Under the pieces are notes generated by a model. It made no database searches. It was not told the DNA's origin and worked only from the letters and a program-made list of their open reading frames with translations. From an uncultured delta proteobacterium (GTDB lineage Bacteria > Myxococcota_A > Polyangia > Polyangiales > Houyiibacteriaceae), in contig CAVPIE010000008.1 of assembly GCA_963704865.1 (NCBI GenBank), positions 29,357 to 93,356 on the forward strand: a stretch of 64,000 bases of DNA, in the 5' to 3' direction. Position 1 is the first letter of the stretch. Every line of letters starts with the position of its first letter. A program made the translations under genes and the position numbers. Shown piece after piece: positions 54,001 to 62,716 of the stretch.

Positions 54001-54114
54001 TTGGCCGCGGTCGACCGCAACTACAAGCTGCTCGCAGAAATCGGAACGCGTCCGCGGACGTCGTTCCTGGCGCGCATCCGAAACCCAAACCCCCAGCTGA
54101 AGGGAAATGGGTAA
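50998..54114 (+). CDS. actB: Alternative Complex III subunit ActB (molybdopterin-oxidoreductase-like domain fused to a 4Fe-4S ferredoxin domain)
   Basis: Twin-arginine signal SRRSFVQGSS. Fe-S motifs CTGCNACVVACQSEN, CQQCEEAPCENVCP, CVGTRYCANNCPYKVRRFN and CTYC...ACQQACP. Confidence 0.9.
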   Translation: MTRRKSYELSPGKGPSMWRSLEDKALGAEERTKLAQEEQPGGFITDLLSPKALVSRRSFVQGSSIAALAAGLQGCVRRPKNEILPYSKAPEYLVPGIPSHFATVTSRGRDALGVVVTNHDGRPTKVEGNEQHTRSLGGTDVRAQAYVWDLYDPDRSQSPAQRRGNALVDVTDANFDEALKGLALKHEQDQGAGLRVLAPISNSPSFRRMRGKFIEKYPKARVHTYSPINDDNAREGARIAFQGSPTIPVYDFSKSAVTVSLGSDFLGSEPGSVAAGRRFSHTRMLGSPAGAMSRLYVLESNFTVTGSMADHRLRIPQADIEWFARALMITLAGRGANDLKPIADLVRRAEGAVESEGIDLKWIDAVADDLIANRGRSLVIPGAGQSARVHALAAAINAALGNFGRTTFFGPVIDPDDAASRMSIPDLAKSADAISTLLILGGNPVYDAPADVKFAELLGREGLTSIHLATHRNETSERCTWHAPLAHELEAWGDQQALDGSVAIQQPLIAPLYGGRSEIELLASMAGEKTNSGHDIVRETQGGQLDKDSKALLAYGVPATDLNSDVIWRRALHSGIILNPTQSKPPVNVAAVVEALITVPKRKPVGKDNFEVVFEPDPALWDGTHANNLWALELPSPMTKLVWDNAALMSPTTARELGVKNGQMLRLSKGEAKVEIPAWIVPGHADYSVTVNLGWGRTAAGRYGNGKGFDVNPLRMSSQMDFTDGVTVEALRETYSLVQTQTHDRMEGRPIAIDATLDEYKKEPDFASYRSVDPVSTPPLWKQVDYSEGHKWGMTIDLNGCTGCNACVVACQSENNIPVVGKFEVERGREMHWLRIDRYFVGDDENNPEVAVQPVTCQQCEEAPCENVCPVNATVHSPEGLNDMVYNRCVGTRYCANNCPYKVRRFNYLDWHGHLDDKFGWYEDFPESRKLQFNPNVTVRMRGVMEKCTYCVQRIEKGKLSAKLEGRILRDGEIKSACQQACPTGAITFGDLNDPKSRVSKLAAVDRNYKLLAEIGTRPRTSFLARIRNPNPQLKGNG

Positions 54115-54120
54115 GAACCG

Positions 54121-55581
54121 ATGAGCTACGACGCACCCATCAAAGAGCTCGGCGAGACGTCCCTTCTGCCCGAAGGCACGACCGCCAACGACATCACCGA
54201 GACCATCGCTGGCGTCACGGAAAACCCCGCTCCACGGGGTTGGTGGCTCCTCTTCTTGCTCTCGCTCTCTGCACTCGGTGCAATGACCGCCGCGCTTGCG
54301 TACTTGTTCGTGCAGGGCGTGGGTGTCTGGGGCAACAACGCACCGGTCTACTGGGCCTGGGACATCACCAACTTCGTCTGGTGGATTGGTATCGGTCACG
54401 CGGGCACGCTGATCTCGGCCATTCTCTTCCTGTTCAGGCAGAAGTGGCGCACGAGCATCAATCGCTTCGCCGAGGCAATGACGGTCTTTGCGGTGCTTTG
54501 CGCGGGCTTGTTTCCCGCGATTCACACCGGCCGCCCCTGGTTCGACTACTACTTGTTCCCGCTCCCGAACCAGATGGACATGTGGCCGAACTTCAAGAGC
54601 CCGCTGATGTGGGATGTCTTTGCGGTCAGCACCTATCTGACGATCAGCGTGATCTTCTGGTACGTGGGCTTGATCCCGGACTTCGCGACGCTGCGTGACC
54701 GCTCGAAGAACCTGACTCGCAAGCGAATTTATGGATTCTTCGCGCTCGGCTGGCGCGGTGCACATCGGCACTGGCAGCACTATGAGCGGGCGTACCTGAT
54801 CTTCGCCGGCATCTCGACCCCGCTGGTCCTTTCGGTTCACTCGGTCGTTTCCTTCGACTTCGCGACCTCGGTCGTTCCCGGCTGGCACACGACGATTTTC
54901 CCGCCGTACTTCGTCGCTGGCGCCGTCTTCAGTGGATTCGCGCTCGTGATGACGCTCATGTTGATCTGCCGCTCGATCTTCAAGTTGCAAAACATCGTGA
55001 CCATCCGGCACTTGGACTTGATGAACAAGTTCATGCTCGGGACGGCCCTCCTGGTCGGCTACGCGTACGCGATGGAGTTTTTCATCGCCTGGTACTCGTC
55101 GAATCCGTACGAGCAGTGGGTGTTCTTCCACAACCGTCTCGGCTGGGGCCAGCTGGACAGCAATGGCAACTGGGGCCCGCTCTGGTGGGCGTACTACGCG
55201 ATGGTGTTCTGCAACGTCATCGTCCCACAAATTTTCTGGTTCAAGCGAGCGCGCACGAGCGTTCCGATCATGCTCATCGCAAGCGTGCTCATCAACATCG
55301 GCATGTGGTTCGAGCGCTTCGTGATCATCGTCACCTCCACGTATCAGGACTTCCTGCCGTCATCCTGGGGCATGTTCCATCCGACGGCGATCGACATCCT
55401 GACTTACCTCGGAACGTTCGGATTGTTCTTCACGCTGTTCCTTCTCTTCGTTCGCTGGATTCCAATGATCGCCATTGCAGAGGTCAAAGGAAACCTACCG
55501 GGCGCGCATCCTGACTTGCACGCCATAGAGGCACATGACGAGGCACCGGACGCACTTGGTGCGCCCGTGCCCGCGGAGTGA
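54121..55581 (+). CDS. actC: Alternative Complex III subunit ActC (NrfD/PsrC-like quinol-interacting membrane subunit)
   Basis: 486 aa, about 10 TM helices. WAWDITNFVWWIGIGHAGTLISA is typical of the NrfD family. Confidence 0.88.
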   Translation: MSYDAPIKELGETSLLPEGTTANDITETIAGVTENPAPRGWWLLFLLSLSALGAMTAALAYLFVQGVGVWGNNAPVYWAWDITNFVWWIGIGHAGTLISAILFLFRQKWRTSINRFAEAMTVFAVLCAGLFPAIHTGRPWFDYYLFPLPNQMDMWPNFKSPLMWDVFAVSTYLTISVIFWYVGLIPDFATLRDRSKNLTRKRIYGFFALGWRGAHRHWQHYERAYLIFAGISTPLVLSVHSVVSFDFATSVVPGWHTTIFPPYFVAGAVFSGFALVMTLMLICRSIFKLQNIVTIRHLDLMNKFMLGTALLVGYAYAMEFFIAWYSSNPYEQWVFFHNRLGWGQLDSNGNWGPLWWAYYAMVFCNVIVPQIFWFKRARTSVPIMLIASVLINIGMWFERFVIIVTSTYQDFLPSSWGMFHPTAIDILTYLGTFGLFFTLFLLFVRWIPMIAIAEVKGNLPGAHPDLHAIEAHDEAPDALGAPVPAE

Positions 55582-56168
55582 CGCGAATCATGGCTAACGA
55601 CACAAAAAAGCCCGCCCTTTACCTGGCCGAATACGAGACGCCGAATGCCATCGCCCAGGCGGCGATGAAGGTGCGAGACGCGGGCTACAAGAACTGGGAT
55701 TGCCACACCCCGTATGCCATGCACGGAATGGACGAGGCGATGGGGCTCAAGCCCACGCGAATCGGGGTGCTCTCCTTCATTTTTGGGATGCTCGGCGTCG
55801 CGACCGCGGTGGCCTTGATGCAGTACACCAATGCCTTCGACTTCAACCTCTTGAACATCGGTGCCGGCTATCCGCTGATCGTCGGCGGCAAGCCGCCAGG
55901 CGCGTTCCCGTCGATGGTGCCCATCATGTTCGAGCTCGGGATTCTTCTGTGTGGCTTTGCGACCCTCTTCGGCTTGCTCGGCATCATCAAGCTGCCGATG
56001 CACAATCATCCGATTTTCGCGTCTGACCGGTTCGAAGCCGCCACCGACGACAAGTTCTTCATCTCCATCGAAGCGGCAGACCAGAAGTTCGACCTGGATC
56101 GAACCAGGGCGCTCCTCGAGGCCACGAACCCGACGTATATCGAGCTCGTCGAAGAGGAGGTGCTCTGA
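55578..56168 (+). CDS. actD: Alternative Complex III subunit ActD (DUF3341)
   Basis: LYLAEYETPNAIAQAAMKVRDAGYKNWDCHTPYAMHGMDEAMG followed by two TM helices. The GTG start overlaps the actC stop. An alternative ATG lies at 55590. Confidence 0.8.
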   Translation: MTRIMANDTKKPALYLAEYETPNAIAQAAMKVRDAGYKNWDCHTPYAMHGMDEAMGLKPTRIGVLSFIFGMLGVATAVALMQYTNAFDFNLLNIGAGYPLIVGGKPPGAFPSMVPIMFELGILLCGFATLFGLLGIIKLPMHNHPIFASDRFEAATDDKFFISIEAADQKFDLDRTRALLEATNPTYIELVEEEVL

Positions 56169-56788
56169 TGCGCATCCTTCTGATCGCACTGGCACTCGCA
56201 ACGCTGTTGACGGCTTGCATCGGGGGCGAGAGCAGCGATCCGCCGATCGTCGGCATTCGCAACATGTACAACCAGCCGCGCTACGATACCCAGGAGCGGC
56301 AGCCGTTCTTCCCAGATCAGCGCTCGATGCGCCCTCAGGTCGAAGGGGCGGTTTCTCGCGAGATGGAACGCTCGCTGACGACCGCGACCGGCCTCGCTGC
56401 GAACGAAGGCTATCTCCTGGAGGTGCCTCCAACCGTCATCGCACGGCGTGGAGGCGCCGCGGCCTTGCTCAAGCGCGGCAAAGATCGTTATGAAATCTAC
56501 TGCGCGACCTGCCACTCCGTCTCCGGCGACGGCAAAGGCATGGTGTCGCGCCGCGCTGCTGCGCTTGGCGCGAGCGGCCTCATCGCTCCGAGCTTCCACG
56601 ATGACCGGCTTCGACACATTCCCGATGGCCAGCTCTTCGCCACCATCACCAACGGCGTGCGAAACATGCCGGCGTATGCCCACAACATCCCTGTCGATGA
56701 CCGATGGGCCATCGTTCACTACGTCCGCGCGCTGCAACTGAGTCAGGCACCTGTGGCGGCGCTGAAGAACACGGAGCAATCCAAGTGA
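56168..56788 (+). CDS. actE: Alternative Complex III subunit ActE (monohaem cytochrome c lipoprotein)
   Basis: Lipobox LLTAC, a single CATCH haem motif, and the distal ...MPAY... Met ligand region. Confidence 0.8.
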   Translation: MRILLIALALATLLTACIGGESSDPPIVGIRNMYNQPRYDTQERQPFFPDQRSMRPQVEGAVSREMERSLTTATGLAANEGYLLEVPPTVIARRGGAAALLKRGKDRYEIYCATCHSVSGDGKGMVSRRAAALGASGLIAPSFHDDRLRHIPDGQLFATITNGVRNMPAYAHNIPVDDRWAIVHYVRALQLSQAPVAALKNTEQSK

Positions 56789-58176
56789 CGAACGCAAACG
56801 ACACAGACTACCGAGTCGGAGACGATCGCGTGTGGGCGCGCGCCTGGCTCGCGCCCCTGGGGCTTGCCATGGTGGGCGGCCTGCTCGCGCTCCTCACCGC
56901 CGATGCGGATCGGCTTGGCTTCGCCTACCTGTTCGGCCTGTTCACGACCGCCACCTTCATGCTCGGCGCTCTTTTTTTGGTATTGGTCCAGTTCCTGACC
57001 GCTTCGTACTGGGGTGTATCCTCGCGACGCATCGTTGAAGTCATCATGTCGGGTGCGCCCGTGATTGCGCTCTTGGCGCTTCCTTTCATTGCTGGGGTCG
57101 CGCTCGGCAAGATCCACATCTACGACGAGTGGCAGAGCGTGTCGGCTCACGGCGAGCACGCGGACGAACACGGGGAATCGGAATCGGAGACCCATCACGA
57201 GGGCGATCAGCCGGAGCACGGCGTCCTCGGCCTCGGTTCGAGTGTCGCGCACGCCCAAGCCGATGGTGACGACCACGGGGCGCACAGCGAAGCCGCGGCG
57301 CATGACGAAGCGCACTCCCATACCCCGCAGGAAGCCACGCTTCACCACGAAATCCTCCAGAAAAAGTCGGGCTATCTGAACACCAAGGGCTGGGCCGCCC
57401 GCGGTCTCGGCTATCTCCTCGTCTGGTGCGTGCTGGCCCTCGCGTACTTCGCCTGGTCCAGGCGCCAAGACCAGGATCATGACCCGAAGCACACCGTTCG
57501 GATGCAGAGCCTGGCGGCCCCCTCGTTGATTCTGTTTGCCGGCACACTTACCTTTGCAGCCTTTGACTGGCTCATGTCGCTCGAGGCCGCCTGGTTTTCG
57601 ACGATCTTCGGCGTGATCATCTTCGCCGGCTCTGCCGTCTCGATTCTCGCCCTGACGATCCTCATTGGCTTGAGCCTCTACAAGCGTGGCCTGGTCGGGG
57701 ACGTCATCAACATCGAGCACTTCCACGACCTCAGCAGGCTCATGTTTGGCTTCGTGTGTTTTTGGACCTACGTCCAATTCTCGCAATGGATGCTGATTTG
57801 GTACGCAGGCATTCCGGAGGAAGCCACCTGGTTCATGAAGCGCTGGGACGGCGGTTGGAAATTCGTCTCCTACCTGCTGATCTTCGGTCACTTCGTCGCG
57901 CCGTTCGTCCTTTTGATTTCGCGTGTTCAGAAGCGCGCACTTCCCTGGCTCCAGGTCATGTGCTTCTGGGTTCTTTTCATGCACGTCGTGGACATCTACT
58001 GGTTCGTTCTGCCTCAGGCCGGAGCCTTCCAGGTCCAACTCGCAGACGTTGGGGCTCTTCTGTTCGTCGGCGGACTGTTCTTCACCTATGTCTTTTGGCA
58101 GCTCGGGAAGGTCCCGTTGGTGCCGGTTGGCGACCCAAGGCTTCAACGGAGCCACCACCTCCACCAAATATACTGA
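56785..58176 (+). CDS. actF: Alternative Complex III subunit ActF (NrfD-like membrane subunit) with a His/Asp/Glu-rich loop insertion
   Basis: The GTG start at 56785 overlaps the actE stop (GTGA). It is a polytopic membrane protein in the actF position and contains a 70-aa soluble His-rich insert at 57142-57351. Confidence 0.7.
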   Translation: MTNANDTDYRVGDDRVWARAWLAPLGLAMVGGLLALLTADADRLGFAYLFGLFTTATFMLGALFLVLVQFLTASYWGVSSRRIVEVIMSGAPVIALLALPFIAGVALGKIHIYDEWQSVSAHGEHADEHGESESETHHEGDQPEHGVLGLGSSVAHAQADGDDHGAHSEAAAHDEAHSHTPQEATLHHEILQKKSGYLNTKGWAARGLGYLLVWCVLALAYFAWSRRQDQDHDPKHTVRMQSLAAPSLILFAGTLTFAAFDWLMSLEAAWFSTIFGVIIFAGSAVSILALTILIGLSLYKRGLVGDVINIEHFHDLSRLMFGFVCFWTYVQFSQWMLIWYAGIPEEATWFMKRWDGGWKFVSYLLIFGHFVAPFVLLISRVQKRALPWLQVMCFWVLFMHVVDIYWFVLPQAGAFQVQLADVGALLFVGGLFFTYVFWQLGKVPLVPVGDPRLQRSHHLHQIY

Positions 58177-58186
58177 GCGCGCACGG

Positions 58187-58834
58187 ATGAGTACGAAGCA
58201 CAGAACACGATTTGCATCCTTCCCCGTCCTCGTGGCCCTCTCGGCCGTGATGGCGCTCGGCCTCGGTTGCGGCCAAGCCGATTCGGCCAGGGCGCCCACG
58301 AGCGACGACGAGTACGACATCATCAAGCGGCAGCAGGAGGAAGCCCTCGACAAGGGGACGATGCCGATCGCACAGGCGATGGCGAAGTACGGGTCGACCC
58401 AACGCGACGAGTTTGCCGCCCTTGCGCCCCAGCCCTCGGCAGACGAGTCGGCCGTCAACGGCTGGTCGTTCAAGGGTGCGGCTCCCATTGCGGCGGGTGA
58501 AGTCACGATGCCGCCCGAGTGCATCGGTGCAGCGAACCCCGAGGCGTGCTGGGGCCAGAAGCTCAGCAACAGCAAGGGCTGCATGGCTTGCCACGCCGTC
58601 GACGGCGTGAAGCAGCAGCCCTGCCCGAACTGGAAGGGTCTCTTCGGCAAGGAGCGACCCCTGGTCAGCGGCGAGAAGGTGGTCGCCGACGAAACGTACC
58701 TCGCCAATTCGATCGTGAACTCCTGGGATCAGGTGGTTCAGGGCTACGGCAAAACGATGCCGCCCTACAATTTCCCGGAGCAAGAAGTCGCGGCCTTGGT
58801 TGCCTACCTCAAGTCACTAGGAGAAGGCGGATGA
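58187..58834 (+). CDS. Monohaem c-type cytochrome lipoprotein, resembling the cytochrome c domain fused to subunit II in caa3 oxidases
   Basis: Lipobox LGLGCG and CMACHAVDG...CPNWKGLFG...ADETYLANSIVN...GYGKTMPPYNFPEQEVAALVAYLKSL. Confidence 0.72.
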   Translation: MSTKHRTRFASFPVLVALSAVMALGLGCGQADSARAPTSDDEYDIIKRQQEEALDKGTMPIAQAMAKYGSTQRDEFAALAPQPSADESAVNGWSFKGAAPIAAGEVTMPPECIGAANPEACWGQKLSNSKGCMACHAVDGVKQQPCPNWKGLFGKERPLVSGEKVVADETYLANSIVNSWDQVVQGYGKTMPPYNFPEQEVAALVAYLKSLGEGG

Positions 58835-59487
58835 TGAGCAAATCGCGCGCCGCTACGGTGATGATCCTCGCGTCGGCGCTGTCGGTCTCGCTGACCGCTT
58901 GCAACGAGCCCAGCCCGGACACGGCCAGTCTCAAATACAGCAAAGATCTCTACGATGGCTGCGTCCAGTGTCACGGCGAGAAGGGCGAGGGCAATCCGGA
59001 GGTCGGGGCACCTTCCATTGCGGGCCTCGAACGCTGGTATGTCAAAAGGCAGCTCCGCGGCTTCAAGAAAGGCTACCGTGGCTTTCACCCGAACGACGAC
59101 GCTGGGAGACGAATGTATCCGATGGCGCGCGCGCTCGATACGGACGAGAAAGTCGACGTAGTCTCGAACTACGTCGCTTCGATGGAACCGACTCATCCGG
59201 CGTCGACCCTCGAGGGTGGCAATCCGGAAACCGGGAAGATCTACTTCGCCACCTGCGTGCAGTGCCACGGTGCCAACGCGCGGGGCAATCTGGACGAGTT
59301 TGGTCCTCCATTGGCGGGCGCGAGCGACTGGTACCTGCTGACGCAGCTCCAGAACTTCAAGGCTGGGCTGCGGGGCACCCAGCCCGACGATGCCATGGGC
59401 GCCAAGATGCGCCCGTTCTCTATGACGCTGCCCACCGAGCAAGCGATGAAAGACGTCATCGCGTACATTGGCACCCTATCCGAGTAA
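58831..59487 (+). CDS. Dihaem c-type cytochrome lipoprotein (cytochrome c4-like)
   Basis: Lipobox SLTAC and two CVQCHG haem motifs, each followed by ...G.P.(I/L)AG... and Met-containing ligand regions. ATGA overlap with the upstream cytochrome gene. Confidence 0.8.
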   Translation: MMSKSRAATVMILASALSVSLTACNEPSPDTASLKYSKDLYDGCVQCHGEKGEGNPEVGAPSIAGLERWYVKRQLRGFKKGYRGFHPNDDAGRRMYPMARALDTDEKVDVVSNYVASMEPTHPASTLEGGNPETGKIYFATCVQCHGANARGNLDEFGPPLAGASDWYLLTQLQNFKAGLRGTQPDDAMGAKMRPFSMTLPTEQAMKDVIAYIGTLSE

Positions 59488-59505
59488 GCTACGAGGGTTT
59501 GATAC

Positions 59506-59616
59506 ATGGCTGGCAAGACACGGGATCCCGACAACGAGGCGCGTTTTTGGTGGAAGTGGACCATGATTGGCGCAGCCATCTACATCGGTGTCGTGTTCGC
59601 TTTCGTTCTCAACTGA
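59506..59616 (+). CDS. Candidate 36-aa single-TM micropeptide between the cytochrome c genes and coxII
   Basis: Below the ORF-track size cut-off. ATG 59506 is preceded by GAGGG. MAGKTRDPDNEARFWWKWTMIGAAIYIGVVFAFVLN has a charged N-terminus and one hydrophobic helix. Confidence 0.3.
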   Translation: MAGKTRDPDNEARFWWKWTMIGAAIYIGVVFAFVLN

Positions 59617-59632
59617 GGGTGTAGAGGATCGA

Positions 59633-60373
59633 ATGATTCAAGCAATTTACGATTTCATCAAAGGCATCTTCGAGCCACTTGGCGACTACCTCATCGGTTC
59701 GTCGGTGCCGGTGGCCTCGTCGTTCGCTGGCGACATCGATGCCCTCATTGCGCTCGTCGCCGTCTTCGTCGGCTTCTGGGCGCTTCTCGCCTATGCGGCG
59801 TTCTTCTTTCTGATCTTCCGCTTTCGGGCGAGAGACGGACAGCGCGCGCAGTACGTCACGGGCGAAGAGAAAGATCTCAAGCGATGGATCACCTATCCGC
59901 ACGCAGCGATCATCCTTTGTGATTTGGTCATCGTCTTCATGGCGATCATGGTTTGGTACAACATCAAGCAGCGTCAGCCCGAGGCGGACAGCACCGTCCG
60001 AATCGTCGCGCAACAATGGGCATGGAACTTCGTTCATCCGGGGCCCGATAACGAGCTCGACACCGACGACGACATCAATTCATTCAACGAGTTGCACGTC
60101 CAAGTGGGCAGGACCTATCACTACGAGCTCATTTCCAAGGACGTTCTCCACGATTTCTCGGTCCCCGTGTTCCGTTTGAAGCAGGATGCGATCCCTGGCC
60201 GGGTCATGAAGGGCTGGTTCCGGCCCATCCAGGCCGGCGAGTACGACATCCAATGCGCCGAGATGTGCGGGATTGGCCACGGCATCATGGGCGCGCGCAT
60301 CGTCATCGAAACCCCTGAAGAACACGCGGCTTGGATGTCGCAGGGCAGCGCGGGCAAGATTGCTTCCCGCTGA
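59633..60373 (+). CDS. ctaC: Cytochrome c oxidase subunit II (CuA; no fused cytochrome c domain)
   Basis: Two N-terminal TM helices and the CuA site HDFSVP...CAEMCGIGHGIM. ATG 59633 has a GAGGAT SD. Confidence 0.9.
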   Translation: MIQAIYDFIKGIFEPLGDYLIGSSVPVASSFAGDIDALIALVAVFVGFWALLAYAAFFFLIFRFRARDGQRAQYVTGEEKDLKRWITYPHAAIILCDLVIVFMAIMVWYNIKQRQPEADSTVRIVAQQWAWNFVHPGPDNELDTDDDINSFNELHVQVGRTYHYELISKDVLHDFSVPVFRLKQDAIPGRVMKGWFRPIQAGEYDIQCAEMCGIGHGIMGARIVIETPEEHAAWMSQGSAGKIASR

Positions 60374-60384
60374 ATGGAAAAGTC

Positions 60385-62115
60385 ATGGCTGAAGCAGGCA
60401 CGGTAGACACACACGGCGCGCACGCGCACGACGCAGACCACGGGCACCACGCGCAGAGCTTTTTGAGCAAGTACATCTTCTCGACGGATCACAAGATCAT
60501 CGCGATGCAGTACATGTTCACCGGCATCGTGATGGCGCTGATTGGCGGCTACATGTCGTACGCGTTCCGCATGCAGCTGGCGTTCCCTGGCGAAAGCGTC
60601 CCCGGCTATGGCGTCGTCTCACAGGGCGAATACAACGCCCTCGTCACCAACCACGGTACGATCATGATTTTCTGGGTCGCCATGCCCATGCTGATCGCCG
60701 CCTTTGGCAACTACCTGATCCCGCTGATGATCGGCGCTGATGACATGGTGTTCCCGCGCATCAATCGGCTCTCCTATCAAATCTTCCTGATCAGCGCGGT
60801 CATTCTCATCGCCTCGTTTTTCGTCCCGGGCGGCGGGTTCGGCGGCGCATGGACGGCCTATCCGCCGCTTTCAGCGAACGCGGAGTACAACCTCACGCCC
60901 TATGGTGCGACGTTCTGGCTGGTCGCCGTTGCGCTCGAGTTCGTTGCCTTCCTGCTCGGCGGCATCAATTTCATCACGACTCTGATGAATGCGCGTGCAC
61001 CCGGGATGAAGATGCACGACATCCCGATGGTCCTGTGGATGATCATCATTGCGAGCATCCTTTTCATGGCGTCGGTCGGTCCGCTCATCGCGGGCGCGGT
61101 CATGCTCTTCATGGATCAGGTGGTGGGCACCGGATACTTCGACCCAGACCGTGGCGGGGACCCGGTTCTCTGGCAGCACCTCTTTTGGTTCTTTGGCCAT
61201 CCAGAGGTGTACGTCGTGCTCTTGCCCGCGATGGGGATCGTTGCCGAGATCATCTGCACGTTCGCTCGTAAGAAGCTCTTCAATTACAAGCTGATCCTCT
61301 ACACCGCATTTGCGACCGGAATCATCAGCTTCTTCGTCTGGGCCCACCACCAGTTCGTCGCCGGAATCGACCCTCGCATGGCGAACGTCTTCACGATCAC
61401 CACCCTGATCATCTCCATCCCCATCGCGGAGATGCTTTTCCTCTACATCGCCACCCTCTACGGCGGCTCCATCCGCCTGACCACGCCGATGCTCTGGGCC
61501 TTGTCGTTCATCGCGGAGTTCCTCATCGGTGGCATCACCGGGATCTTCCTCGGCGCGAGCGGCTCGGACATCTATTTCCACGATACGTATTTCGTTCTGG
61601 CTCACTTCCACTACACGTTCTTCCCCATCGCCATCATCGGATTTTTCGCTGGAATCACGTACTGGTTCCCGAAGATGTTTGGCCGGATGATGAACGAGGG
61701 GCTCGGCAAGATTCACTTCTGGGGCACGATCATCGCGTTCAATTTCATTTTCATCCCGCTCTTCATTCTGGGTGCGGCCGGCCAGCATCGGCGAATCTAC
61801 AACTTCCAGAACTTCCCGGACCTTGCCGGTATGCAGGACCTGCGCGTCATTGCGACGACCGCGTTGCTCATCATGCTCGCCTTCCAGGCGGTCTTCCTGT
61901 TCAACTTCGTGTACAGTCTCTTCAAGGGCAAGCCAGCCGGCAAGAACCCGTGGAAGGCCAACACGCTCGAGTGGACCGCGGAGTCGCCGCCGCCGCATGG
62001 CAACTGGCCCGAGCTCCCGAACTGCTACCGAGGTCCGTACGAGTACAGCGTACCGGGTCGCGAAGAAGACTACTGGCCGCAAGACGTCCCACCGGACACA
62101 GCCCCCGCCGAATGA
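60385..62115 (+). CDS. ctaD: Cytochrome c oxidase subunit I (haem-copper oxidase catalytic subunit)
   Basis: TDHKIIAMQY, WFFGHPEVYVVLLPAMG, and VWAHHQF...HDTYFVLAHFHY ligand motifs. Confidence 0.93.
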   Translation: MAEAGTVDTHGAHAHDADHGHHAQSFLSKYIFSTDHKIIAMQYMFTGIVMALIGGYMSYAFRMQLAFPGESVPGYGVVSQGEYNALVTNHGTIMIFWVAMPMLIAAFGNYLIPLMIGADDMVFPRINRLSYQIFLISAVILIASFFVPGGGFGGAWTAYPPLSANAEYNLTPYGATFWLVAVALEFVAFLLGGINFITTLMNARAPGMKMHDIPMVLWMIIIASILFMASVGPLIAGAVMLFMDQVVGTGYFDPDRGGDPVLWQHLFWFFGHPEVYVVLLPAMGIVAEIICTFARKKLFNYKLILYTAFATGIISFFVWAHHQFVAGIDPRMANVFTITTLIISIPIAEMLFLYIATLYGGSIRLTTPMLWALSFIAEFLIGGITGIFLGASGSDIYFHDTYFVLAHFHYTFFPIAIIGFFAGITYWFPKMFGRMMNEGLGKIHFWGTIIAFNFIFIPLFILGAAGQHRRIYNFQNFPDLAGMQDLRVIATTALLIMLAFQAVFLFNFVYSLFKGKPAGKNPWKANTLEWTAESPPPHGNWPELPNCYRGPYEYSVPGREEDYWPQDVPPDTAPAE

Positions 62116-62125
62116 CGAGGCCGCG

Positions 62126-62704
62126 ATGAGCATGACGAGACCCATAGCAACGACCAGAAGCGCCACGGGCATTCCAACCGGCAAGCTTGCCGTTTGGTGG
62201 GTCGTCGGCTCGGAAATCGTGATTTTCGGGGGCTTGCTCGCCTCCTATGTCATGCACCGGCTGGGGCACCCCGAGTGGGCTGAATACGCCTCCCATACCA
62301 ATACCTGGTTTGGCGGCGCCAACACCTTCGTGCTGCTGACCTCATCGCTCTTTGCGGTGCTCGCGCACCACGCTGCCGTGCATGGGGACGGGAAGAAGGC
62401 GGCCAAGTGGCTCCTTGGGACTTGCGCGGGGGGCTTGGTCTTCCTCTGCATCAAAGCGGTCGAATGGACCGGCGAAATTCAGCATGGGTACACGATCACG
62501 AGCAACGGCTTTTGGAGCTTCTACTACACGGCCGCTGGGCTTCATGCGCTCCACGTCATTGCGGGGTGCATCATCATGTTGATCATCGCAAGAGAAGCTT
62601 GGAAGGGCATGGAGCTCCACCGCGTCGAGCTCATCGGAATCTACTGGCACTTCGTCGACATCGTGTGGATTTTCCTCTTCCCGCTGCTCTACATCGCCAA
62701 GTGA
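62126..62704 (+). CDS. ctaE: Cytochrome c oxidase subunit III
   Basis: 192 aa, 5 TM helices; ...FYYTAAGLHALHVIAGCIIML... and YWHFVDIVWIFLFPLLY motifs. Confidence 0.85.
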   Translation: MSMTRPIATTRSATGIPTGKLAVWWVVGSEIVIFGGLLASYVMHRLGHPEWAEYASHTNTWFGGANTFVLLTSSLFAVLAHHAAVHGDGKKAAKWLLGTCAGGLVFLCIKAVEWTGEIQHGYTITSNGFWSFYYTAAGLHALHVIAGCIIMLIIAREAWKGMELHRVELIGIYWHFVDIVWIFLFPLLYIAK

Positions 62705-62716
62705 GGATGGACGATC

